Assembly (NCBI GenBank): GCA_051294375.1
Contig: CM119264.1
Location: 26,908,755 to 26,972,754 of the forward strand
Origin: Paraspadella gotoi
Taxonomy: Eukaryota > Animalia > Chaetognatha
Reading direction: 5' to 3'
DNA: 64,000 nt
Both the position numbers and the translations under genes were made by a program. Shown here in pieces: positions 52,816-64,000 of the stretch; within the stretch, counting starts at the first letter, position 1; the number at the start of each line of letters is the position of its first letter. The notes below the pieces were generated by a model. That model was not told the DNA's origin. It made no database searches and saw nothing but the letters and a program-made list of their open reading frames with translations.

Positions 52816-55149
52816 CCCCACGCGTCAAATTCTTCTTTACTCCCCCAGGGGAATCTTCTGTCAAAGCGATTTTATCAGTTTCTCGAGGTCCCTTGACCGT
52901 TGAAGACACGAGACTTGGCGGCGAGAACTGAGCCGCCGCTGCCCCCCTCCACGGCGCCGTCGCGGCCTCCTGCGGCACTCCGCTGCCGCTGCCGATTCCA
53001 CCGGGAGACGTCACGCGCAGTCCCGGTCCAATCGCGGCCGCCGGGTCTTCGTTTCGTCTTCGTTTATCGAGAGGCGATTTCGTTCGATGTTGACGAAGTT
53101 AGTTCTGCGCAGTGCGCAGGCGCGTGACTCTTAGCGGAACACTGACAACGATGATTTTTAAACACGCAGCGAAACTATTTTGATCGATTAGTTTAAAATT
53201 TGTAGTAAGCCACAACGTTTCTCAGAAGTTTGGAAATCTTAAAATCGTTTCGCTAAGGATGAGGAATTAAATAAAAATAAAAATAAAAATTTTAGACGCA
53301 AAAAGTTGGAGGCCCCTTCGTAGTTTAGAGAGTGACTTTCAAGTTGCCAGATCAAAAAATTATCGAAACTGAGTAATAATTGTATAAGAAATCCACCTTC
53401 GGCCGGGAACATGATACAGCAAACAAATTTGGGAATTAAGGAGCGAAGTTAAAAATAGTCTTGGATTCCTTATACTGTTATGAACGCCCTAACTATCAAA
53501 ACTGCATAATATTACTTTAATACTAACTTCTCCCTCTAAGGACACATATTTGTCTCAGAAACGCGTCAAACAAATATCGAAATCCGCGCATCTCTTGCGC
53601 CTCTTCTGCGAAATTACGCGACCCCCGACAAAAACTCTTTTCTCTCCCTTTCGGAAACGCGACCCCCGAGGCTCTTTGTCCTCGTCAGCGAATTTGAGCT
53701 CGGGAATTTCGGAGGCGCGGAAAAAATTTGCGTCTTCGGCATCGTCTTCGTCAGCATCGTCGTCGTTGCTTTCGTCGGCATGGTCATCTTCGTCGTCGCT
53801 ATCGTCGTCGTCGGCTGATTTGTGCGTCAGCGTTCTTTTGATTGTCATCGGCGTCAATGTGGTTATGGACTCCGTCAATATCTCAACTGTCATTCTTGTC
53901 TGGTCTATTGTCTACCTTCTCCCTTCTCTCTGTCTTCTTAGTTCTTATCTTATCAACCGATGAGCCTTTCCTTCGAACAAACTCCAAAATTGGTTTCGCT
54001 AAGTCAGCGTAGCGCAAACTTTGCGTAGCGTCAACACCATGCCGCGACAACGCCACGCGCTGCGACGCGCCCTCTCTGACGCTTGGATCGTTAAACCAGA
54101 TTTTTTCGGAGATCGCCGGGCAAGTGGCAGGGCGGTCGCACTCTCGCTGTCCGTTATGAATACTTTAACAAAACAAGGATTTAAAAGTCTGCCTGCATTA
54201 TTACTAAAAATAAAACAAAAAATTGACGGTATTTCCCTCATTTTTGGTTTAAATACAAATTCTCCAATAGACGGTAAAAAATCGCAAAAATCCCTCGCTT
54301 TTTTTTTTCAGAAAGACCGTAAAGAATCGCATCCCAACATAAACTCCTGCGCGAAGAGACAATAAAAATTGGTCGCGGTTTGCCAGACGAGCAGTTTTCC
54401 CCGCACGCTGTAAAAAAACAAAAACAAAAAAAAAAACAGAATATATTTACGTCCGCAATTTTTCTAAAGGGAGGCGCTGTATATATTTTACTGGGGATAG
54501 AGATAAAATGGTTTGCGAGGTTCTAATCGTAAAATATAGTTTACTTACAAAGCATCATAATAAGCAGTTTTATATTTTTTTGTCACTAGATGTTGTTCAC
54601 TTATAATCTCACTAAAAAGTTCAAACCCACATATAAATATTTATCTTTTGCCGAGTTATTGTTCCGAGATCGTGTTCAAACTTTTCGTAAATTGTTTGTC
54701 GCTAAATGCACCCAGGATCACGATAAAAATTTTCGTCAGCCCTCTTCCAATCCAATCGGGTAAGCCCTCCTTGCCCTCCATGCCCTCCGTGCCTGGCCCT
54801 CCTTTTCAACAGGTCCTGCCCGCTTTATCGATCGTCATATCATGATCTGCTTGCTTATTTCGAACACTCTATATTGAACGCTTACCCTATCCTTTCATTT
54901 GTGCATATTATCTACCAGTCCTCATCTACCTGCCCTATTCTTTGCCAACCCCCTTTGCCCCCTTCTAGTCTGCTTGCCCTGCCATCCCCTGCCCGCCTTG
55001 CCCTGCCCTGCCTCGGGAGACTTCATATTTTAAGAGAAGTCGACCTAGTCATCAGTTTTTTCTGTTTTTTTTATTTTCTCTTCTCCACGATTTTTCTCTC
55101 TTGGAGGCGACATGAATAAGTTAAAAGAGTCCGACAAAGAAGAAAGAGA

Positions 55150-55196
<47 letters not shown>

Positions 55197-56988
55197 TAAT
55201 GAACGCTCGGTCGAGCTTTCTTTCTTCATTTTCCCCCTCTCCTTTTGAACTGAACAACGATTATAATAAAGGCAGAAAATTGAAAGACAGTTAAAATTAA
55301 AATAATAATTAGGAACTAGATTGCCAAAATTTCCTTTTATTCCCGTATTCTGGTGAGAAAAGTTTCAAAATTGAGTTTGAATTCATTCACATTTACAGAA
55401 GATTAGCGAATGAAGAGTTAATAAAAATTCGTTTAAAGATGAATTGCAAATAACAATGAAATACTGAGGGTCCTTAGAAATCATTTACATATTGCTTAAC
55501 AATGAATTATGTCCGATCCATTCAACTACTTTATTGATAGTATCATAGTAGTATTCAATAACCTTAATCAAGTATGCACATACTTTTTGTTTAAAATATT
55601 TGTAAGCGGATCGACTTTTTCACATAATATTTAAAATTCGAGGAAAATTAAAGGAAATAAAAGAATCAAAAGACATGATGATGATGATGATAATGGTGAT
55701 GAAAGACGGGGATGGTCGCGTGGCCCAATGACAGAACGGAAGTCTTTCAAACTTTTTTCGTCGAGCAAACAAGTGTGCGTCAGGATGACACATTCGCTGT
55801 CCTTCTTACTGCTGCGGGCTGCTGCTGTATCCTGATCAGCAGTTTCTGCCGCGAGCGGCGGCGTCCCGGAGGAAAAAAGGCTCCCAGCGCCATCGACGGA
55901 GAATCGACGGAGGAACGAGAACTAATGACCGGAAATGGCGGAGGCGTTGTTGAGGCGGCGCCGCTGAGGACGGGGGTCAAAGGCGGACAAACGGGGCCGC
56001 GTTAGACGCCGCCGACGCCGCCCGCCGCAGCCGCGTGCCGACGCCGACAGGCGGGAGGTTTGAATGATTGATTCGACAAAATGGCGGAACCGAAAGGCAA
56101 ATGGCGGAGGGCGGGAATGGGGAAGGGGGGGCAGAGGTGGGGAATGTCGGGAGTAAAAGAATTAAAAAGGGGGGAGAGGCTGGAGAAAGAATGAAGGGAG
56201 AGAGGGGAAATAAAAAGTACGAAAAAAAATGTGTTTATGGAAAAACGAATATTTTGGTAAAACGCGCGAAGCCGTAAAAACTTCCGAAGGGTTGACGAGT
56301 CCTTTCTTCGTTGAGAGACGCGTGTTTTTGGAGAGGTAGGGGGGAATTTTAAAAGTGGTATGAATTGTGAAAGGAATTAGCGAATTCTTGAGTTTCACTT
56401 AAAATCATTGACACAAAAGATCGAGATTAAATAGTAGTTAGTCCTATCAGCCTAGAGATTACCTCGCTATCCCCCTTTACTTTTATAACGATTATATCGT
56501 TTTCGTCTTTTTAGTTTCTTAATTTATTCTTCATGCCATGCCATGCCTCGACCCCCTCTGGCTTTGGTTTTCTTCTCTATAATCGACCAGTCAAAGAATT
56601 TAATTTCAAACGGTTAATCCTGAATACCGATCCATTATATTGACCAACAATAATCTTTTGTAAATATTGGATTTATATTTCAATATTTACGACTTTAGAA
56701 TTATAGTCGGGCAAGAGAGAGGAGAAGAGAAGGAGGACCGGTAGAGGTCGCCTTGTTTCGGTGGCCCAGCGTTTATATTTTCATAGTTGCCCGCTTTGCC
56801 TTCTTTCCAAGTTCGCGACTTACCGTTGGTTTCGGAGATGGTCGATTCAATCGCCGGATTGACTTTTGAAAATTTGCAAATTACTCGTTTCACTATTTAC
56901 TATTTTTATATTTTATGAAGGATTTAGTATTTAATCTATATTATTTAAACAAATATATGTTGCTTTCTTTCTTAAAATTCTTAAATTT

Positions 56989-57332
56989 GTGTTAGAACCG
57001 AGGTCTCGGTCGATGCACCTAAAAAACGACCCGGCGAGATGCTTCGGTCGTCCAGACTTGCTTCAACTTGCTTGAGCGGATCGACGACCAAATAGTTTTT
57101 TTGTTTTTTTTTGAGTTTATAAAGAGTTTTAAAAGGGTACTTTAATTAAATGATCAAAGAATATAGATATTCAAACAAACAAACAAACAGTAATTACCAA
57201 AATCATTATTTAAACAGTAACGAACGACGTAAGCACGAATGATGAAATGATCCCAAACGATAAGTACTTGTGACGAAGTCAAGTCCAAACTCGATTCACG
57301 ATTCACGATTCACGAGACTTCGGTTCTAACAC
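56989..57332. mobile_element. MITE with 20-bp TIRs just upstream of the methyltransferase gene
   Basis: GTGTTAGAACCGAGGTCTCG vs reverse complement GTGTTAGAACCGAAGTCTCG (19/20); no clear TSD. Confidence 0.7.
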
Positions 57333-57565
57333 TTGGCCCAGCCGATTCATTTTTTTAAACTTCTTTAATTAGTAGAAGTCAGATTTCTTCGTCAATTATC
57401 AACTATCGGCATTTTGACGAATTCAATCCAGTTATATAGAGACGCCGAATATTGTCTAAAACAGGTTTAGTGCTGAGTCTGCAAAACGCGTTTTTTCTCT
57501 TCGGATTCTCAGTTGGCTCTTTTTCGCTTTTCTTCGGTATTTCTTTATTTACAGTTTCGGTCAAA

Positions 57566-59134
57566 ATGTCATCAGAAATGGTGGCCGATGTTTCCCGCGT
57601 CCCTTTGGAGAGGGAGTTTTCGACGAGAGCTTGGAAGATGATGTCGTCGTCGCTAGAAAATTCGATGATGAAGCCTTTTGAGCGGGTGATTGACTTTGGT
57701 TGTGGCGCAGGAGAAACGACCTATAAACTCGCTGATTGGATTCGAGATCTTAATCACAAACGTGGGCTAGAATGGTGAGCTCAAACTAGAATAAATTTGT
57801 CTTAGCAGATTTAAAACAAATGCGTTTCCATCGTGTAGCCTTATTTTAAAATTGTCATCATGGCATCGCGAAAATATATTTATAAATAGGGAGAAGGAGG
57901 CGGGGAGAGCAGGTAGGGAGAAGAGGAGGGGGGAGGAACGAGAGAAGGAAGGAGGATGGAAGGAGGGGAGTAAGTAGTAAGAGGAGAGAAGGAGAGAGAA
58001 GAGAGGAGAGGGGAGAGAGGGAGGAGGATGGGGGAGAGGAAGAGAGAGACTAGTGGGAGTATAGGAGAGAAAGAGGGAGCAGTATAGGGAAGAGATAAAA
58101 AAGGGAAGAGACGAGAAGGAGGAGTAGAGAAGAGGAGGAGAGAGGGCAAGATAGAGAGGAGAGAGGGGGGGGAGACGCGAGAAGGAGATAGGGAGAGAGG
58201 ATGAAGGAGAGGTAGAATACGACGGAGAGTAGGAAGAGAAAAAGACATAGAGGGGAAGGGATGTGAGCAAGAGAAAGAGGACGGGAAGGAGGAGAGTAGG
58301 AGAGAGGGAGGGGGAGAGAGGAGAAGGAGAAGAAGGGAAGGGGCGAGAGAGGAAGAGAATAGAAACGTAGAGAGGCGCAGGAGGAGAACGGGTAGAGAGG
58401 AGTGAGTAGAGGAAAGAGAGGGGCGAAGGATAAAGGGAGAGAGGAGATGAAAGGGAGAGAAGGAGGAGAGAGATAGCGAGGGAGAAAGAGAAAGAGGAGG
58501 GAGAAGGAAAGGAGATAGTAAGCAAGGGGAGAGAGATATAGAAAGAGTAGGAAGAAGAAGGAGGAGAGAGAGGGAGCGCGCAGAAGAGAAAGAGAGACGG
58601 AAGAGGAGGAAAAGAAAAGAGACGAGAGAGGAGGGAATAGAGACGAGATAGATAGGGAGCAGAGTAAGAGGGAGGGGAAGGAGGGCAGAGAAGAACAGGG
58701 AGGAAGGAGAAAAAGGAGGAAAGAGAAGAGGAAGGACGAGATAGAGGAGGAAAGAATAGAAGGCAAAATTTGGTGGTGGGGGCTAATCTTAATGTCTTTT
58801 TATTATCAGTCCAAAACTCATCTATACTGGCTTTGATATTTCCGCCGGTAAATCAACTTTATTTGCCAAACATACTTTACGGATATCGACAAAGATTCGG
58901 AAGTCGAAAATTTGAAATTCAAAACTTGGACATGTGAATCGATCGACACTCTGACCCAAAGTGGGAATCAGCCTATCGACCTTGTGAGAGTAGGTATTCT
59001 TGGCCGTTTCATCTATGGGCCTGGAAGATCAGAACCACAAGTTTTGAGATAATATTCTTAACTGTTAAAACCCGGTGGACGTGATATTTTGGCATTTATA
59101 TGGTCAAACGGATTTGCTGGGTGTTCCAGGGAAG
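57566..59134 (+). CDS. Class I SAM-dependent methyltransferase (JHAMT/trans-aconitate MT-like); exon 57566-57774 intact, exon from 58810 frameshifted, 3' part not found
   Basis: Motif I VIDFGCGAGETT; donor gtgagc at 57775 and acceptor at 58808-58809 in phase, giving CPKLIYTGFDIS (motif II); LLKPGG at ~59062. Confidence 0.75.
57885..58765 (+). repeat. Almost purely purine (degenerate GA) tract filling the methyltransferase intron
   Basis: Direct reading; explains minus-strand S/L/P-rich ORFs 57767-58766. Confidence 0.9.
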
Positions 59135-59444
59135 GTACTGTCAAAAATAAAGGCTTTTTGTCACAATAATCGAAAATCCTAATAAAACCGTATTTTGATT
59201 CTTATTAAACTAAGCAAATACACGGAGCTTGAAAGAAAAATCCTACCTGAAAATGGTCTAAACACTTACGCCATGACACTTGCGTACGCAGAGGAATTTA
59301 AAAATATAAATTTCAATTTTTTCTGTAACAAAAAGGCANNNNNNNNNNNNNNNNNNNNNNNNNNNNNNNNNNNNNNNNNNNNNNNNNNNNNNNNNNNNNN
59401 NNNNNNNNNNNNNNNNNNNNNNNNNNNNNNNNNNNNNNAAAGAG

Positions 59445-60130
59445 AGAGAATCAGAGGTCAGATCTGAGGACAAGGTGAAGTGAGGGAAGGGAAGGAGAGT
59501 CAGTAAAATGTGAAAATTTTGGTGAAAAGCGAGAAGAGAGAGAAAGAAGAGAGAGAGAGAGAAGAGAAAAAAAAAATAAATACATTTGGTACTGTAGCAG
59601 ACCAGTGAAAAAGTAAATAAACTAAAAGTAAATAACAAAAGATTAATAATAATTGATTGTGAAAATTGAATAGATTTGAAAATAATGAAAAACATGAAGA
59701 ATTGAAATATAAAATGAAGAATAAAGTATGAGGGGATAGATAAGATAATGGTAAGGGAAAATAAGGTAGAAAGCAGCTCAAAAATGAGCTAGGCCCCCTC
59801 CTGGCGCAGGCAAATGAAGGGCGTTAACAATGAGCTCGGGGTCATTGGCTTGGTTAATGGGTTGAGAGGATATTGTGGTGGAGTGGGAGAGGTTGGGATC
59901 CTGGCAAGGATCCTGCTGGAAATATGCGCAAACGCGCCCCCTTTCTTTTCTCCTTTTTCTTTCTCCCTTTTTCTTTTTTTATTCTTTTCACTTGAATATC
60001 TCTCTGACGCTGATAAGCCTGCCGAGAGCCATCCTCTCACCTGACGGTGAGCCGCGCGGTTGTCTGTTCTGGCCTGTTTTCAGATACAGGAGATACTGAC
60101 TCCCCTCAACTCCTGCGACACTGGCTGAGC
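59445..60130 (-). repeat. Unclassified interspersed repeat, inverted relative to 63140-64000
   Basis: Shared anchors: tatcctctcaacccat..gccaatgaccc, gggg..agct.atttttgagc, cctgacggt, tgtcctca.atc.tgacc. Confidence 0.65.
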
Positions 60131-61239
60131 CCTCCAGCTCGTGGGCTGAAGGGTCAGGAGTTCGAAATCTACAGCTGTCGCTTTGGCGGCGCTCCAGTAC
60201 GAGGAGAGTCGTACAAGTTGCTGTAGGGTTGGGAGAGGCATTGGAACCGTCATTGCCTGCTAGGAGGTCTCCGCCTGACCCATTGAGTGGGGAAGGGGAA
60301 CTCCAGCGCGTGGCGGTGAGGTGGCGTTGGGGTGGCTCACACCACAGTTTTGATTAAAGAAAATCAAAGCTTATGAAGGGAGTTCGAAAATGCGATCCCT
60401 CCATCACGGTTCAAAAAGGGCTCGAGCGCTTTGAATGTAAATCGCCTCTTCAGAAGCCAGTCTTTGGTCATGGGAACAAGCAAAAGACAGTCAGTCTTCC
60501 TCTCTAAACAGATGGCCCATATTCGTCGCATGTCAAAAGCATATATAATAATATTAATTTAGCGAATTAACGTCATGGTTCGGAACATTTTAAGGCAAAA
60601 AAATATTTTAACACAATTAAAATTTGGAATTCGGTCGCTACCGCTAACTTGAAGCAATCGCTTTAGCCTGTCAAAAGTTTTATTTTATTTTTTTAAATAT
60701 CTCTAAAGATACAATCCCTAAGATTAGCCAGTGTTTTGAAAGAAACAGTAATAATGTTATAAAGTTAATGACAGAAATACGTTCAATATAAGTCAAAGCA
60801 GTAGAGTAAAAAAATAAAATTGAGAAAATTAGAAATTTAGGCATATAAACATAAAAATAAAAAACCAATTAAAATACTTTCATAAATTCATATTTTTAAA
60901 TTTTAATACACTCGTGGCACCAGTGTAGCTATATTTAATATAAATAACTAATTATAATAATAACTAAAATTTTGAAAAATGCAAATTTTTAAAATTTTAA
61001 GATCCAGGATTTGGATCCCTTGCTTAAAGTTGATATAAGAAAGTATAATTCTTTTTTTAAAATAGAATTCTTATCATAAGTTGTTAAAAATGTAAAAAAT
61101 ATATTTAAAAAAGGCGCCATTTTTAATTTCGGCAGTGCTTAAAAATATAGTTTTTTATAAATTTTAATCTCATAATGACATAATTTTTCGAAAAAGAATT
61201 ATATTTTCATTTATCACTTTGGAACAGGATGAACACCGT

Positions 61240-61393
61240 TTACAAGGCGGTTAAGCGCACCCATTTCCTCTTCAACTGGCGAGGCGACCCCAAGGCTAAA
61301 ACGCCGCGGACCTTTGAATTGGGAAACGAATGACTTACCTCCTGGCGTAACAATGGCCGCCTGATGAAGCAGTTGAATGATTTTAGTCCACCA
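61240..61393 (-). mobile_element. Degenerate copy of the tRNA-Gly-like SINE-type repeat
   Basis: caatggccgc.ctgatgaa...ttttagtccacc and ggcggttaagcgc match 2281-2435. Confidence 0.65.
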
Positions 61394-61910
61394 ATTTTAT
61401 TTTTATCATTAATGTCAAAAGCAATACAGGCTCTTTGTTTAAACATGTTAAAATTCAGAACGGCAGAATTAATCTCGGCCTATAATTATAAACATATAAT
61501 TTTCATCAAAAAACTAAAGTAAGCAACGATATTGTTTGGATTTAAGAGGCTTTAAGCACAAAAACTGTTAATCAATGGAAAATGGGCGAAAAGAGTTTTA
61601 AATTAACAAAATAATATGTGAAAAATATTGGCATATTAGGGCACTTAAAATCGTTATTAGCAATACAGTAAAGTAACGACGTTGATAATTGAATTTATTA
61701 TACAAAAGAAGATAATTCGCTGGCATACTAGGGTAGATAACTTGCATATGTACTGTGTAGTAGGGTTGAAGTGAAAGTTTTGAATCAAAATTTAAAGCAG
61801 TTATATTTTGAAACTATCTTAATTAGGAATACTAAATCTGTAGTTATTTTTTTTTTTTATAAAATATAGTAACCCAGTCAACTTTTTAGTATAAATTATG
61901 TTACCCTTAT

Positions 61911-62492
61911 GCCATTGGTGCCAGAGGCAAGTCAATCACCTCCCAACCCAAAGGCCGAGGGTTCTAGCCCGGTGGCCCGCCTAGCAGTTAAGAGGGACGG
62001 GGAGGCTTAACACCGCCTGTAACACAGTGTACAGCCTGATCCGAAAAGCTCAGGGACTGCTTATATTGAACGGTTCCTGTCACTAACCATAACAATAATC
62101 CTGTCTCTTCATTTGGTGAGCCCGGACTTACGAACACAACAGCACAACAACACTATTCAAGGCGACATGCCTCAACCTGGCGATGCACTTTCCGGCCAAA
62201 ACACATCAGGCAACATGCCTCAACTAAGGTAACAACTTTCCACCAACAACAACAATTCACTGAAAGACGCAACAGACTTCTCCCTCCGGGAGGAGGGGAA
62301 TGTATGGTGACTTAAAATCCACCAACCGTTCATCAGCCGGCCATTGGTGGCTGGAGCAAGTCATTCGGCCTCCCAACCCAAAAGGTCCGGGTTCTAGCCC
62401 AGGTGGCCGCTTGCAGTTAAGAGGGACGGGCGCTTAACCCGCCTGTAACAAGGTGTTTACAGCCTTATCCGAAGCTCAGGGGACTGCTTATA
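61911..62492 (+). mobile_element. Two head-to-tail copies of the tRNA-Gly-like SINE-type repeat (~430-bp period)
   Basis: gccattggtg..ggcaagtca..cctcccaacccaaagg..ggttctagccc.ggtgg at ~61911 and ~62340. Confidence 0.75.
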
Positions 62493-63139
62493 TTATATTA
62501 TTATATTATAATAATGCCAAAATTTCAAAATAAGTTTTTTTGAAATTTTGACTCCTCATAAAAAGTTGATAACGTACATATCTTTTTTAAAAATTAAGTA
62601 TTAAGTAGGTTAAAATTGTTAAAAACTAATATTTTATTTGAAAATAATAACATTAAGTATCATCAAACATATTTTTTTTTAATATTTTTGACAAACTTAA
62701 TGAAAGAATGTTAAAAAAGAATTAATACTTTCTTTATCAAATTTTTGAAACAAATTCAAAATCTGGTTTTTGTAATTTTAAATTTTATTAAACAAAGTTG
62801 AAATTTTATTTTTGTAAACGAATTTTATTGTTACAATGAGCAGACATGTTATCGGCTCAACAGTACGAGCCTTCACAGCGCATGAGTTGCTGAAGTTGAT
62901 ACATGTTTTTTTAAAGTTAAAGAAAGAGAGAGAGAGAGAGAGAGAGGTTAAGGTTCCAAAACAAAGAATGAGGTAATTAACATTTGAGAAGCACATACAT
63001 AGATAAAGATAATGGAAACTTGTCTAATAACAATTGAAAAATAAATTAATTTTTTTTTGCCGTGTGGCAACCATGACACCGTCCGAATCTCTGGCAGGCA
63101 TCTCAGGCCTCTTTCTGTGAGTCTGGCGTCGTCCCAAAC

Positions 63140-64000
63140 CGACGGCTGCAGGAAGATGAAGAGGATTCAACCATCCCTTGTCACTAAAATGGCAAGAGTG
63201 GATACCCGCCCGCCTACCGTCAGGTAGTAAGAGGGCCGCCGGCAGGCGTCACAGGCCAGAGGGATAATAAAGGGTGGGCCTTGGGTTTGTTTCGCTCAGG
63301 GAGCATACCTGACCCAAGGCCAACACGAAGATCAAAGTCCCATTTATCCTCTCAACCCATAACGCGCCAATGACCCGGCCTGTCAGGCAAACCTCTCCTT
63401 CATAAAGACCGGGGGTCTCAGCTAATTTTTGAGCCTCTTTCTAATTCATTATATTTCACTACAATCTTTTACTTATTCTATCCCTCTAAAATCTCATATT
63501 TGCAACTTCTCAATTTCAATTTTTCAACATATTCAATTTCAAAAAAATTATTTATTTCAATTTGTTATTAGAAGTTTCCATTATCTTATATCTATGTTGT
63601 ACATTTGCTCAAATGTAAATTATTATTTTCTCATCTCTCTCATCTTCTCTCATCTCTCTCTCTATCTCACCAATTTTCAATATCTTTCAAAACTTATCAA
63701 TACTAGGGCCACTTCTAAAAATCTGTCCCTCACCACTGATACACTGGTCCTTACCAAATTCTTGTTGGAAAGCTTTATACCCTCTCTCTAGCTTTCTCTC
63801 TCTCTCTCATCATCTCTCATTTCCTTTAACCTAATAAACTTTTTTGTTTACATTACAAAAAATGTAAAAGATTTTCTCTTTCCCTGTCTCTCTCTCATCT
63901 CTCTCTGCTCATCCATTTCAAATTTCAACCAACTTATTTCTTTACCCCCTGGATCTTACCTCACACTGTCCTCATATCCTGACCACATGTCGTTTGCTCA
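63140..64000 (+). repeat. Second, inverted copy of the 59445-60130 repeat (runs off the window)
   Basis: See the 59445 feature. Confidence 0.65.

Overview
Eukaryotic (bilaterian invertebrate, probably protostome) genomic DNA: AT-rich, with short spliceosomal introns, CpG-rich islands, abundant (GA)n and (CGA)n microsatellites, many N gaps and some noisy-looking segments. Four spliced host genes can be reconstructed by hand: the last two exons of a SAM-domain neurabin/spinophilin-like gene (241-684, +), a FoxN1/4 (jumu-like) forkhead gene (4839-7830, +), a six-exon SLC36/PAT-like amino-acid transporter (40571-45919, -) and a class I SAM-dependent methyltransferase (57566-~59134, +, second exon frameshifted). 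The ~32 kb between FoxN and SLC36 has no recognisable host coding exons. It holds a decayed BEL/Pao LTR retrotransposon that appears to carry a multi-intron extra gene between integrase and its 3' LTR. The rest is non-autonomous DNA transposons (including a nested stack upstream of the FoxN coding exon), Helentron-like elements, a tRNA-Gly-like SINE-type repeat and minisatellites. Most ORFs in the supplied track are spurious (microsatellites, N runs, antisense shadows). There are no CRISPR arrays or prokaryotic systems. All family assignments come from recalled motifs, not database searches.
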